DNA of 63,798 nucleotides, filler included, from Octopus bimaculoides (Eukaryota): assembly GCF_001194135.2 (NCBI RefSeq). It is 7 parts of 5 records of this genome, joined end to end, with 100 filler letters (N's around TTAATTAATTAA, not from the genome) between each part and the next. Parts side by side here need not be neighbours in the genome. Positions count along the whole stretch, not along the records: positions 9,709 to 30,452 come from NC_068982.1; positions 30,553 to 40,255 come from NC_068996.1; 5 more parts are not named here. The stretch is one strand, 5' to 3'. Both the position numbers and the translations under genes were made by a program. Below are positions 23,444 to 36,049 of the stretch, one piece after another; the first letter of the stretch is position 1; the number at the start of each line of letters is the position of its first letter. The notes below the pieces were generated by a model. The model made no database searches, was not told the DNA's origin, and worked only from the letters and a program-made list of their open reading frames with translations.

Positions 23444-24745
23444 NNNNNNNNNNNNNNNNNNNNNNNNNNNNNNNNNNNNNNNNNNNNNNNNNNNNNNNNN
23501 NNNNNNNNNNNNNNNNNNNNNNNNNNNNNNNNNNNNNNNNNNNNNNNNNNNNNNNNNNNNNNNNNNNNNNNNNNNNNNNNNNNNNNNNNNNNNNNNNNNN
23601 NNNNNNNNNNNNNNNNNNNNNNNNNNNNNNNNNNNNNNNNNNNNNNNNNNNNNNNNNNNNNNNNNNNNNNNNNNNNNNNNNNNNNNNNNNNNNNNNNNNN
23701 NNNNNNNNNNNNNNNNNNNNNNNNNNNNNNNNNNNNNNNNNNNNNNNNNNNNNNNNNNNNNNNNNNNNNNNNNNNNNNNNNNNNNNNNNNNNNNNNNNNN
23801 NNNNNNNNNNNNNNNNNNNNNNNNNNNNNNNNNNNNNNNNNNNNNNNNNNNNNNNNNNNNNNNNNNNNNNNNNNNNNNNNNNNNNNNNNNNNNNNNNNNN
23901 NNGGTGGTGTCATTCCTTGGGCATTTATAGAAGGGAAAGAACTTAAATTTTCCTTATTCAAATGCTTCTAAGTGTTCACTCAGTGGAATCTTTCGTAGTT
24001 TCTCCTGTCGGACATGTTGTTGGTGAATTCTGGCTCGTTGGCATAAAGAATTTCCAGTTTCGCCTATATAATTCTCCTTGCATGTGGGGCAAGTTATGCA
24101 GTATATTACGTTCCGCGTCTTGCAATACGTGTCTGCATTTACTTTGAATGTGTGACCACTCTTAAATTTTATTTGTTTGTTTCCCTCTATATATTTGTAG
24201 ATGGGGTTACTGCAGGTTCCACATCTACCATCTCCACACTCTTTTACGAAGAATTCGGTTTTATTCTCTGATGAGAATTTTGCTCTTGTTAGGTTTTTCT
24301 CTTGGCGTTTACTGTTTTTTATGCAATATTTGTTTAGCAGGTTTCCTATTTTAGGGCTTTGTAGGACTATTGGTAAGTTTGAATGTATAATTTGAAACAT
24401 GTTGGTGATTCCAGGGTTGTGTGTGTTTATGAAAGGGATGATGTTTACTTTGTTTTTCTTTTTTGGAGTTCTGAGTTGTGTGACGTCCAGTTTCATTGCT
24501 CTTGAGATTCCGTTTTTTTATTAATTTGAGTGGGTATTTCTGTTCTAGTAGGAAGTTTTTAAGTTAATCTAGTCTTATTTGGCGTGTTTGTGAGTCGGTC
24601 ACTATGCTGCATATGCGTCTTGCCATACTATATGGAATGTTTCTTTTTATGTGGGATGGGTGGCAGGAGTAGAAATTTAAATATTGGTGTGTGTCGGTTT
24701 TTTTTGTAGTAGATGTCTGTTGTGACGTTGGAGTTGTGTATCTTT
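21900..24745 (-). mobile_element. Penelope-like element: RT thumb, linker, GIY-YIG endonuclease and probable 3' region
   Basis: TDIYYKK(fs)..NIPYSMARRICSIV, FINTHNP, CGDGRCGTC, CKTRNVIYCITCPTCKENYIGETGNSLCQRARIH at 23954-24745. Assigning 21900-23000 as its 3' region is weaker. Confidence 0.85.
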
Positions 24746-25146
24746 AATATATATATANNNNNNNNNNNNNNNNNNNNNNNNNNNNNNNNNNNNNNNNNNN
24801 NNNNNNNNNNNNNNNNNNNNNNNNNNNNNNNNNNNNNNNNNNNNNNNNNNNNNNNNNNNNNTATATATTGTTGTATTTGGGGATGGTCATGTTGCCAGTT
24901 TAGCCAATGATATATGTATGTATATTTGTATGTATACATATATATTTGCGCGTCTATATATGAATATGAATGTCTGTCTGTCTCTGACTCTCGCTCTCTC
25001 CCTCTCTCAATGCTTTTTTGTAAAAGTTTGATAAACATGTACCCTACAAAAAATATTGACATAGAAACAAGCAGTTACACACGTGTACACATGACACACA
25101 CGCACGCGCACCTATGTGTGTGTACGTGCATGTATATAGTCTAGAA

Positions 25147-25373
25147 CAGTGTTTTTCAACTATCATCTTACCTCTGGACCCCACCTTGCGGACCTATTTT
25201 GCTCAGGTGGACCCTTCTAGCCATTTGATATATAAAAATCATATATTCTTATAATTAAATATCATTAGGAATTGCATATAAATAATTCTTACAATATTTT
25301 GCGTAATGTAAAAGTATAACCACAATATTGCAGATAATTTTAAAGCCATATCGACCCCGGTTGAGAATTACTG
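25147..25373. mobile_element. hAT (Charlie-like) MITE
   Basis: TIRs CAGTGTTTTTCAAC and GTTGAGAATTACTG; 8-bp TSD GTCTAGAA/ATTTAGAA resembling the NTCTAGAN target. Confidence 0.8.
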
Positions 25374-25604
25374 ATTTAGAATGTCAATATTGTTGTGGTG
25401 TGTGTATGGTGATGTATAGTGTGCGTACTGCCTGTATAGAAGTGAAGTGGAGATGCTGGGTATCTATTAGCCAAGTTTCTTGTGGTGAGAGTCGGGAGAT
25501 ACATGGAACGATAGCGGGGGTGTATGTAATGATAAAGATAATAATTGTAGTATTGCTGTAAATTATAGGCGGTGAGTGTGTGTTTATTTGTATGTATGTA
25601 TGTA

Positions 25605-25637
<33 letters not shown>

Positions 25638-25694
25638 NNNNNNNNNNNNNNNNNNNNNNNNNNNNNNNNNNNNNNNNNNNNNNNNNNNNNNNNN

Positions 25695-25738
<44 letters not shown>

Positions 25739-26197
25739 ATGAAAAAAGAGAATACGGATTTAAAAGAGTTGCAAATATTTCTTATCTTTGAAGCGAGGAA
25801 GAAAAACCTACCAGCTCTAATGATAACAGAAAGGACAACGACAGCAGCAGCAGCAACAACAACAATATGTTAATGAGATATGTTATATAATTTGTTTTGA
25901 ATGTTTGTGATTTGGTTGTTTTATAAATTAAGTGTAACTAACTTGTTAAATTTATTATTTGGAGTAGCTGCCATGAGAGGTGAATAGGCGAAAGACGAAG
26001 AGAATACACAACGATAATAGCAACAGGTCAGTTTGATTTTAAGAAATGTCATTAAAAAAATGTATGTATGTATGTATGTATGTATGTATGTATGTATGTG
26101 TATATGTATGTATGTGTATATGTATTCACGCGTGTGTATGTGTATGTCTGCTTGCAAGCATGCATGCCTGCATGTATGTATGCAAGTACGTATGTAT

Positions 26198-27036
26198 GGC
26201 ATTGTTTAGTTTTATTTCAATATTACTTGCCAATAGTGAAAGAGCCGGTTTCTAGCCTAAATTCAAGGCTCCTTCATTGGAATTTCAACATCAACAACAG
26301 GGTATTTTTGTTGGTATGTATGTATATGTGCAGATTTGTATGTTTTGCTTTATGTATGCATTCTCATGCATATAGTTGCCTATCTAGACATGCTCATATA
26401 TATTTAAGTTTAAACTTCTGGAAAGTTTTACAGATTTTGATAGTTCCAGTGATAGATTGGATCTGTAGTCTTCGAATTAGCTTTCTCTTTGCTGGTTTTG
26501 AGAAGCCTAATTTCTCAAGATTGGTATTTAGGCATTGTGTTACACATCCCAGGACCCCTATAATTACAGGTATAAACCTGAACTTATCTTTCTTATTTCT
26601 TATTTCTGGAAAGAGTAAGTGTAGATTTCTCAATAGTTTAGCGTAGGTATTATCATTTTCACTGATCTTCAGCTTTGTGCTAATTTCCTCAACTGTGAAC
26701 TGTTTCTCTTCTCTATCCCAAATCATTATATCAGGTCTGTTGTGCTTACATTTTATTTAGGTCTTCACTGGGACATTCCACCTGTACTCCTTATTATTAG
26801 TGGCTATGGCTTCTGTTGGTTCTTATTTCTTTGTCCTTGGGTTTACGCTTCCGACGGAATTCCTTATAGACTGTCCTAGCTACAACATCATATCTCATCG
26901 GAAGATAATACCGTGATGACATTTACGGACAACTGCTTATGATGAGGTTGATATCTTCGGTGTTAACTCCACAAAGTCTGCATCGGTTGTCACATTTTAC
27001 TGCTTTTCCTGCATCTCTATCCCTTTTGTGCATCAG
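26198..27036 (-). mobile_element. 5'-truncated R4/Dong-like (RLE) LINE with 3' UTR and (ACAT)n tail
   Basis: CRLCGVNTEDINLIISSC zinc knuckle, HNRPDIMIWDREEK RLE motif, RFIPVIIGVLG; 3' UTR at 26198-26393 ends in (ACAT)n. Confidence 0.88.
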
Positions 27037-27059
27037 TTATGTATGTATGCCTGTATGCA

Positions 27060-27108
<49 letters not shown>

Positions 27109-27270
27109 GAATGTATATGTATGCATGTGTGTATGTATATGTGTGTATATGTATGCATGAATGTATGTATGTATTTGTCTGTGTGTGTATGTATGTATGT
27201 AGGCATGCATGTATGTATGTATGCATGTATGCATGTATGTACGTATGTATGTGTGTACGTATGTATGTAT

Positions 27271-27376
27271 GTCATTGTTCAGTTTTATTTCAAGATTTCC
27301 TGCCAATAGAAAAAGAGCCGGTTTCTAACCTAGATCCAAGGCTCCTGCATTAGAATTTCAACATCAATAACAGGGT
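27271..27376 (-). mobile_element. Second 3'-UTR-only copy of the same LINE, in tandem
   Basis: Highly similar to 26198-26305 (GAGCCGGTTTCTA..CAAGGCTCC..GAATTTCAACATCAA..ACAGGGTA) and followed on - by (ACAT)n. Confidence 0.85.
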
Positions 27377-27486
27377 ATGTATATATGGGGGCTAATGCAG
27401 TTTCGCACATCTCCTTGAAGAATGCATTTGTTTGAAAATTTTTTTTCGGATTCCTACATTTTAAATGTCGGAGATTACGAATATGC

Positions 27487-27541
<55 letters not shown>

Positions 27542-27928
27542 ATTTTTAAATTTCACCCCCAATTAAAAGTTTTGATTTTGTTTACTTTAAAGAGATCGTA
27601 GTGAATTGACGAACATATGAAAATCGAAATTAAATACAGACAAAAACATTAAAGCGAAAAGAATTTGCGTTTTACTTGTGTTTGCCTTAAATAATCTAAT
27701 GTAAATTTAATATACACCACATCCTCCGCGTGAGCCATTTTATGAGAAACAAACATTAATATTTAATAATTAATGTTATAAAGTTTAATAAGGGGCTCAA
27801 ATTTCACCCCTCCCCCAATTAAAAATTTTGAACTTTTTCATCCATTTATTTATTTGTCTGTCTATCTATTCATCCCTATCCTTTTATTCAAAAGATATAT
27901 TCGTCAACTAAATGTGTGCGTGCGTGAA

Positions 27929-28610
27929 CATCCCCACCAACACAAAACACAAACATACACACGCACACATACAGACACATACATACATATGCACCCTCAC
28001 ATACACATACGGTTGCTCACACACACCACAAGGACAACTAAAACAACACATACATACTCAAAGAGACATACACACACACACACATACTCACGTACACACA
28101 CACTCTCGTACTCACACATCCCCACCAACACAAAACACAAACACACAAACATACACACGCACACACAGAGACGCACACATACATATGCACTCTCACACAC
28201 ACATACATAACGGTTACTCACACACATACCACAAGGACAATTAAAACAACATATACATACTCAGACAGAGACACACACACACTCTCACGTACACACACTC
28301 ACGTACACACACATAACATCTCCACCAACACAAAACACACAAACATACATACACACGCATCCAACAGACGCACACATACACACACGCGAACAAACACATA
28401 CACACACATGCACACGCAACACCCTAACAAATATTAATAACACACACACACAAACGTGCACACATATACACACACCATCCTACCAAAAACACATAAACAT
28501 ACATACACACGCACCCATAGACGCACACACACACACGCGCGAACAAACACACACAACACCCTAACAATATTAATCACACACACACAAACGTGCACATATG
28601 TACACATGTA
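27929..28610. repeat. Higher-order CA-rich minisatellite
   Basis: Units start CATC(C/T)CCACCAACACAAAACAC at about 27929, 28117, 28318 and 28478. Confidence 0.8.
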
Positions 28611-30148
28611 TTTTAATGCTAAAACTGTTTTTAACATTTTCTTATGATTATCAAAGAATGTATATATGTATTTCAATACTTTTGTGACAACCAGTACTTA
28701 ACACAACAAAACTTATACAAAGCTTTACATTTTACTTTCGACAATCTTTTCCTAAAAAAGTGAAACCAGTCAAGTGAATAAACATCTCTAAAATTGCATT
28801 TTCAAACCTTCTTTCATATNNNNNNNNNNNNNNNNNNNNNNNNNNNNNNNNNNNNNNNNNNNNNNNNNNNNNNNNNNNNNNNNNNNNNNNNNNNNNNNNN
28901 NNNNNNNNNNNNNNNNNNNNNNNNNNNNNNNNNNNNNNNNNNNNNNNNNNNNNNNNNNNNNNNNNNNNNNNNNNNNNNNNNNNNNNNNNNNNNNNNNNNN
29001 NNNNNNNNNNNNNNNNNNNNNNNNNNNNNNNNNNNNNNNNNNNNNNNNNNNNNNNNNNNNNNNNNNNNNNNNNNNNNNNNNNNNNNNNNNNNNNNNNNNN
29101 NNNNNNNNNNNNNNNNNNNNNNNNNNNNNNNNNNNNNNNNNNNNNNNNTATATATATATATATATATATATGAGAATTAAAGACAACTCTGAACAACGAA
29201 ACCACAAGGTATAATATTCAAAGACAACAAGCATATCAAACATAAATTCCCATCATCGGTTGCTTAAAGGACATCATTATGTTTTTGACACCCGGACAGT
29301 ATTATTCAATTCAGCGATGTCGCTAGCGTTAGAAATATAAACGCTACATGGAAATTAATAAACAAGTAACAGGACCGAAATATATTAGTCGAGTACATCT
29401 ATTACATTTACACCTGCTTATTGTTATTACAATAATATTACAAAAAAAAAAAAAAAATAGCACCTATAAAAGAAATAAATATCTCCCAAAAGAACATTGC
29501 TACTTCAAAAATTATAGAACTAAAACGTACTATCGAACTAAACGTATTGGGCAAAAATTTACTGAACCACTGATACATAATATGGTAAATAAAAATATTC
29601 CAAGGAATATTTAATTTAGGACTTGAAACATATAGATTAATTAAAGAACATAAACCAGTATGCATTGTTGATCTACAATCCATAACCCATTCCAAACACA
29701 AAAACACACTAAAAACGAACCGAATGGGAACTAGAACATCACCAAGTCTCTTTAACCAGTAGGATCCAATCGTTGCCAAACCATTCGAGATAGAAATAAA
29801 CCGGTATAGATGAATATCGGTTGAATATAAATCTAATTATAGGCAATAAAATAAACGAATAATTTCTCATTAACATCTTATAAATGATATAGTATAAATT
29901 TTACAAAAACATCCAAATCGCAATGAAAATACTAACAAAAGGAAAACGATATAAATGTTAAATAACTGAATAACACATCATTTAACTATAAGGCATTAAC
30001 TGCCAACGGCCTGGGAATAATTCAATAGAAATCTGTAACTATTGAATAAACTTAATTGTAAAAAGTATTTAAGCTAATATTTTCACTTTCAACCTATAAA
30101 TATTTAAAAAATAACAAAAACAACAAATCATAAAGAAAGTATTTCTTA

Positions 30149-30196
30149 TCTATATATATAAAAATGAGAATGTGTGTGTGTGTGTGTGTGTCTGTC

Positions 30197-30227
<31 letters not shown>

Positions 30228-30452
30228 TTCCCTAAAACTCGAGAACTACACAACCAATTTCATTCAAATTTTACACGTCTTACTTAGGGTTCCGGTTGTG
30301 TTTTAGTCAAAAAATTTTTTTAACTTCTTGCATAGTTCGAGCCCACAGCAACATCATATCTCCTCTACTATTTAAGTATTACGTGTTAAAAGTGAAACAA
30401 AAACACTCATGTCAAATACTTTCACTTTAAAAATGAAACTATTCCACTAACT
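30149..30452 (+). mobile_element. Non-autonomous Helitron-like element, 5' end with internal (TG)/(TCTG) microsatellite
   Basis: A|TC start, TCTATATATATAAAAATGAGAATG, microsatellite, then AACTCGAGAAC..CCAATTTCATTCAAATTTTACAC; ends at gap. Confidence 0.65.
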
Positions 30453-30552
30453 NNNNNNNNNNNNNNNNNNNNNNNNNNNNNNNNNNNNNNNNNNNNTTAA
30501 TTAATTAANNNNNNNNNNNNNNNNNNNNNNNNNNNNNNNNNNNNNNNNNNNN

Positions 30553-30851
30553 CAGCCCCTCGTTCCCGATCACCGTTTGTTATCTCCCCCTTTCTTAGCT
30601 CTCCTGAAATAAGAATTTCTAACTTCCGGTCAGTCATTGTTATGATCGGCCATTATTATGATTGACCGTTGACTGAACACTATTCAATTTTTTTTCTCCG
30701 TGTTTTTCTCCTTGTCTCCGTATTCTTTCTGTTGAAGAGCGTAGCTCGAAACGTCAAAGACTTTCCGTATTCCCGAGCGTCATACTAATATATACTTTTG
30801 TTATTTACACCACCTGTCCTCGTCTGTTGTTATTATTTGTATATTCTCCCA
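30553..30851 (+). mobile_element. Penelope-like terminal repeat (pLTR)
   Basis: Contains the TGAAGAG...CGAAACGTC motif characteristic of PLE terminal repeats. Confidence 0.6.
30724..30760 (+). ncRNA. Minimal type-I hammerhead-ribozyme-like motif with variant core
   Basis: Stem I TCTTT/AAAGA, core CTGTTGAA, stem II GAGC/GCTC, GAAA, palindromic ACGT stem III and a GUC site at 30753-30755. Confidence 0.5.
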
Positions 30852-31399
30852 TATATATATATATACGTATTACTTCTCTTTGCTCTCTATTATTAGTGCT
30901 TAAGTGCGGGACGTGTCTGCGTGATACTGAAGCTAGACAGTGTGAAATCATCTGAATCTCGTTGTTTAATGATTCCTAAAATATTATATTCCTGAGAGGC
31001 TACCAGAGGTAAACATTGAACTTATTCAGTAATGCTAACTTAAAGGACTTATTCTTCCAGAAACATTTGGGTATGTTAGGGTTATATTTAATCCTAAACT
31101 GCCTCAACGTAAAACGAAAACTAAATGGCTGAGGGTTCACATGAATACAAATAGTCTTTGAATGTCACTATGTATTCCCTTGACAAAAACTGTTAATCAT
31201 CGAATATCGAAGCTCAGCCATGTAGTCATGAGTACAAGGGAAGTGTTTCTCAGAATGCATTCCACTATTGATAATTAAAGACATACATCTAGAGAAGTTA
31301 CACAATTCTATTACAACAAATCAACGGAAAACGGGCTACATATATACCAGTAAAAGTTAATGTATGGCTGAATTCTCAGAATGCTTCAAAGTGACAACA

Positions 31400-32237
31400 T
31401 TAATAAGCAGAGTTGTCCATCCTGAAATAATAATAGTGAGATTAGTTCTCAGTTTGAAGGATATTCTTTTGTAACATGGGGCGAGAAATAGCCACAAAAG
31501 GCATATCTATCCATTTTACTGTAGTAAAAGGGCTAAATATGCAGGTTACCTACTTAGATGCAACAACCTGTGCAGTCTGAGGAATTAACACTAAGAACGT
31601 GAACGATATCATAAATTGCTGTCCAAAAATGTCATCACAGTTGTACGTTTCTAAGAGACATCAAATCGTAAGGAGAATAAACCTGAGAATACATATATAA
31701 GAAGCTACAATGATAAAAAAGTCACAATCTCATACAAAGAATGTTCCTGCTAAAATTTAAAAACAGGCGAACTTGAAACACTAGACATTATGATCCAGGA
31801 CAGATAAAATAAATTATGCACAATAGTTCAACTTTTCTCAGATGTTAGTATAATGCAAAAGATTAGTGCAAAAAAAAGAAAGTCTGTGCCAAACTAATGA
31901 AAAATCTTTAATTACTCCATCCAGACTATAGCTTTAGATTTCTATCTATAATTATTGGAGTACTTTGTAGAATGAAAAACTTCTTTAGTACTAATTGTAC
32001 AAGCTGGGTAACAAGAAACCTGAAAGAACACGCCTAAACAAGTGACTACAGGTATAAACTATGACATTTGAATATAGACACGCACGCGCGCACACACAAA
32101 CACACACATACACACATATGTGCGCCAGTATTTATAGTTTAAACTTACAAACAAATTTGAGATTTTATTGGAATTGAAAACATTTAACGAGAGTATTACA
32201 TTTATTTTTAGAAAAATAACAGACAGGGAAGACAGTG

Positions 32238-32270
<33 letters not shown>

Positions 32271-32310
32271 CAAAACATACATACATACATACATACATAC
32301 ATACATACTC
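31400..32310 (+). mobile_element. Older degraded copy of the (ACAT)-tailed R4-like LINE
   Basis: Decayed INCCPKMSS, LDIMIQDR..KLCTIV, FRFLSIIIGVL and KLGNKKPER are collinear with 26394-27036; ends in (ACAT)n at about 32241-32310. Confidence 0.7.
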
Positions 32311-32580
32311 TTCAGTCATTTAAAATATTGTCAAATTTGTTCTAATAGATAGGAATATATTTTTGTTAACAATGAACTCGTATTGATTTACTTCCTCTAC
32401 TAATAGTATAGATATGAGTATCATAGTGTTACATTATAAATAGAGACCTGTAATAATAGAAGCATACGTGCCTAATACCATTGTTATTTACATACAAATC
32501 TGTTTAAAGCGTTCAATAATTAGAAACATGCTTTCTAGTTCAGGGTGTGTTGATGATTCCTAGTAATATTGTAATAACGA

Positions 32581-32743
32581 TTTCAAATTTTGGCACAAGG
32601 CCAGAAAGTTCAGGGTAGTCTTTTTATCAACGCCAAACGGATGAAACGCAAAAATGACATCGGCGAAACTTGAACGCAGAGCCTGAAGGCGGACGAAATG
32701 CCACTAAGCGTTTTGCTTGGTGTGTTAACAATTCTACCAGCTG
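32581..32743 (-). mobile_element. Degenerate Nin/Deu-domain SINE
   Basis: Reverse complement retains CTGGTAGAATTGTTAACAC, CTTAGTGGCATTTCG and GCGTTCAAGTTTCG. Confidence 0.6.
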
Positions 32744-32977
32744 ATGAAGGATATGTTCTCTATGTGGCCTGTGTGTTTTTTGTACCTTGTTTATCATTTT
32801 GTCCATGTTTATTTGCAACGTCATGTACCCAAATATGCATCTATATGTACATATAGATGCATATACTCATATATTATTTGTATCACACAATCGAACGCAC
32901 GCGTTACCTTTGCAAGTAAGTTTTGAACTTTATTTTTCTGACGCGACTCTTTCTATCTTTGTATCTGTCTTTTAATT

Positions 32978-33170
32978 TTTACTTGTTTCAGTCATTAAAC
33001 AGCAGTCATGTCAGGGTACCATCTTGGAGAATTTTAGTGGAACGAATCGAGCATAATACATTTTAAAACCTGGCACGTATTATAAAGGTCTTTGTGGCCG
33101 AACCACTTCGCTGTGATAACGCAAACATACCAGCACCGATTGTCAAGCAGTGTTGGAGTACAAACACAGA
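32978..33170 (-). mobile_element. CORE-type SINE 3' fragment
   Basis: ACTTGTTTCAGTCATT...CCAGCACCGATTGTCAAGCAG, matching 20900-21100. Confidence 0.6.
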
Positions 33171-33269
33171 CAGTACAAGGCACACACATAGGGGTACCCC
33201 CCCACACACACACGTATGTGTGTGTGTGTGTGTATGTGTGTGCAGTACATCTAAGTTTGTTTTTTCCGG

Positions 33270-34066
33270 TCAAAACTAATACTGCATGGGCCAAATTCCT
33301 TAGGTGGGAGGTGACGCCCCACTTCCTGTGCACGTACCAAAATCGCGCCTAGAATAAAGACGTATAGTGCTCGTTTTCACCGAGCGCATCGAGCAGAGAT
33401 ATCGCATCAAGTTTTACCAAAAGCTTCGTGATACTTAAACACAAGTCATCCAGAATATTCAACAGGCCTTTGGCAATGATGCCATGGACAAAACTCAGAT
33501 TAAGGGCTGGTACAAACCCTTCAAACACGGCCGCATTGAGACATGCTTAGGCAGACCATCCATAGGTCGTAATACGGGGCCGTATGAGATGATTTGGTGA
33601 ATAGTCATGGACGACCATCGTGTAACAATGCAGGAAATTGTTCACGAAGTGGGAATAAGCACAGGGTCAGTGAATTCCATTTTACCGGAAGATTTGTATT
33701 GGCAGTGAGTGTTGGCGAAGTTCTTCCCCAAAATGCTGGCGGATGAGCAAAAGGCAAGTTTGCATGGAAATCGCTCAGAATATGCTTTTCAATGCAAACC
33801 ACAAACCAGTCTTTGCGAAGACACAAGTTTATATTCTCTGCCCGACACTTTCGGTCATATTGTGTGAAAGCGAAAGTTGAACATGCGTGCAATATACACC
33901 TGTGCTCTGGGAGTAACAGCGAGGAACTGACACAACCTACCGACGCGAAAATTTTTGCGCATGCGCAAGCAGGGTTGCGTCACTTCCCACCAAAAGGATG
34001 TTTCCCACGCGGTATTAATTTTGTCGCGAGTAAATGAAGTCGGAAACTTTTTGAACGCACCTCGTG
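33270..34066 (+). mobile_element. Internally deleted mariner element with long subterminal inverted repeats
   Basis: TERIEQRYRIKF..KGWYKPFKHGR..GRPS..DHRVTMQEIVHEVGISTGSVNSIL..AKFFPKML; right TIR GGAAACTTTTTGAACGCACCTCG; 33270-33350 is an imperfect inverted copy of about 33945-34022. Confidence 0.85.
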
Positions 34067-34441
34067 TGTATACATACATTTATGTATATTGCAAACAACT
34101 TGCAGATGCAAATGCTACCTGTTGAAAGCTCTGCATACCGGATGCTAGCAAGTTTATGGAGCCATTAGGAAAGAATGCGTGTCGTTTTGAGACCTACCAC
34201 TCGATGGCATCATTGCGCACCAGCCCCACCTCACTGAGATGAGGCCCCGCTTGCTAGATAAACTGGTTATCAGGCTTCGCTCAATATTCTTCTAGCCATC
34301 GCTCATCGTCTATTTTTCACCAAATCTAGTGGCTTGCCTTTTCCATTGTATGTTTGGATATCACTCTGGGAGGTACTTGTTTTACGATGAGTTAGGCCTA
34401 ACAATAATAATAGTCGCCTCATACTGCTTCGAACCAATCCG

Positions 34442-34793
34442 CCAATTGATTTCTGATTTTTATTTTAGCAAATAAAATAATTTGCTAGGTACACCTCAGA
34501 TTAAACATATATATTCGAGGCAATCAATTATATGCCTCTTGCGGAGCTCCTCGTCGGCAGTAAAAATGCCAGCGTTTAAAATTCGAAAATTATCCAAAGA
34601 ATTTATAATGCTTAATCATATCGAAGAGAATGGTAATATTAGAAATTTCCATTTCCAGTGGCCAAGCGTGTAAGCAAGAGGCATATAATTGATTGCCTTG
34701 TGTGTATATGTTTAATCTGAGGTGTACCAGTTGATGAAGATTTCACCTAGCAAATTATTTTATTTGCTAAAATAAAAAACAGAAACAAATTGG
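34442..34793. mobile_element. MITE/foldback with ~100-bp TIRs
   Basis: CCAATTG..TAGCAAATAAAATAATTTGCTAGGTACACCTCAGATTAAAC..ATATGCCTCTTGC and its reverse complement; the right arm carries an extra ~19-nt insertion. Confidence 0.85.
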
Positions 34794-35831
34794 TCCAAGA
34801 AACTAGATGGTAAATTCTTTTATTTTCATTTCATTCATTTCGAAATTTTATCTCAAATAGTGGTTTTGGAACTTAGCTGTTCTTTCTAGCGTTAGGGAAT
34901 CCTGTGATGGATACCTCTTATGTGTTTAAATGTACACTGTATTTTATGAGTAATATATAGTCTTTGGACTAAATTTTACACGCTAGGTCACTGGAAATGG
35001 AAATTTCTAATATTTCCATTTCCCTTCGATATGATTAAGTACATACATACATACATACATATATATACATATATATATATATATANNNNNNNNNNNNNNN
35101 NNNNNNNNNNNNNNNNNNNNNNNNNNNNNNNNNNNNNNNNNNNNNNNNNNNNNNNNNNNNNNNNNNNNNNNNNNNNNNNNNNNNNNNNNNNNNNNNNNNN
35201 NNNNNNNNNNNNNNNNNNNNNNNNNNNNNNNNNNNNNNNNNNNNNNNNNNNNNNNNNNNNNNNNNNNNNNNNNNNNNNNNNNNNNNNNNNNNNNNNNNNN
35301 NNNNNNNNNNNNNNNNNNNNNNNNNNNNNNNNNNNNNNNNNNNNNNNNNNNNNNNNNNNNNNNNNNNNNNNNNNNNNNNNNNNNNNNNNNNNNNNNNNNN
35401 NNNNNNNNNNNNNNNNNNNNNNNNNNNNNNNNNNNNNNNNNNNNNNNNNNNNNNNNNNNNNNNNNNNNNNNNNNNNNNNNNNNNNNNNNNNNNNNNNNNN
35501 NNNNNNNNNNNNNNNNNNNNNNNNNNNNNNNNNNNNNNNNNNNNNNNNNNNNNNNNNNNNNNNNNNNNNNNNNNNNNNNNNNNNNNNNNNNNNNNNNNNN
35601 NNNNNNNNNNNNNNNNNNNNNNNNNNNNNNNNNNNNNNNNNNNNNNNNNNNNNNNNNNNNNNNNNNNNNNNNNNNNNNNNNNNNNNNNNNNNNNNNNNNN
35701 NNNNNNNNNNNNNNNNNNNNNNNNNNNNNNNNNNNNNNNNNNNNNNNNNNNNNNNNNNNNNNNNNNNNNNNNNNNNNNNNNNNNNNNNNNNNNNNNNNNN
35801 NNNNNNNNNNNNNNNNNNNNNNNNNNNNNNN

Positions 35832-35885
<54 letters not shown>

Positions 35886-36049
35886 GCGTGTGTGTGTGTG
35901 CATGTGTGTGTGTGTGAGAGAGAGCATATCATCGTTCTTAGTAGCACTATGACCCTCCGCTCAGCCTCGTTGCCTACCCTGTTGTCGTTGCTGCTGCCCT
36001 TTAACCCGATTTAATGTACGGTTCTTGTAACTCACTGCGTTTATGTGTT

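Noticed and set aside
27488-27539. Long poly(A) run as a retrocopy tail
   Set aside because: No upstream ORF, TSD or recognisable retroelement 3' end.
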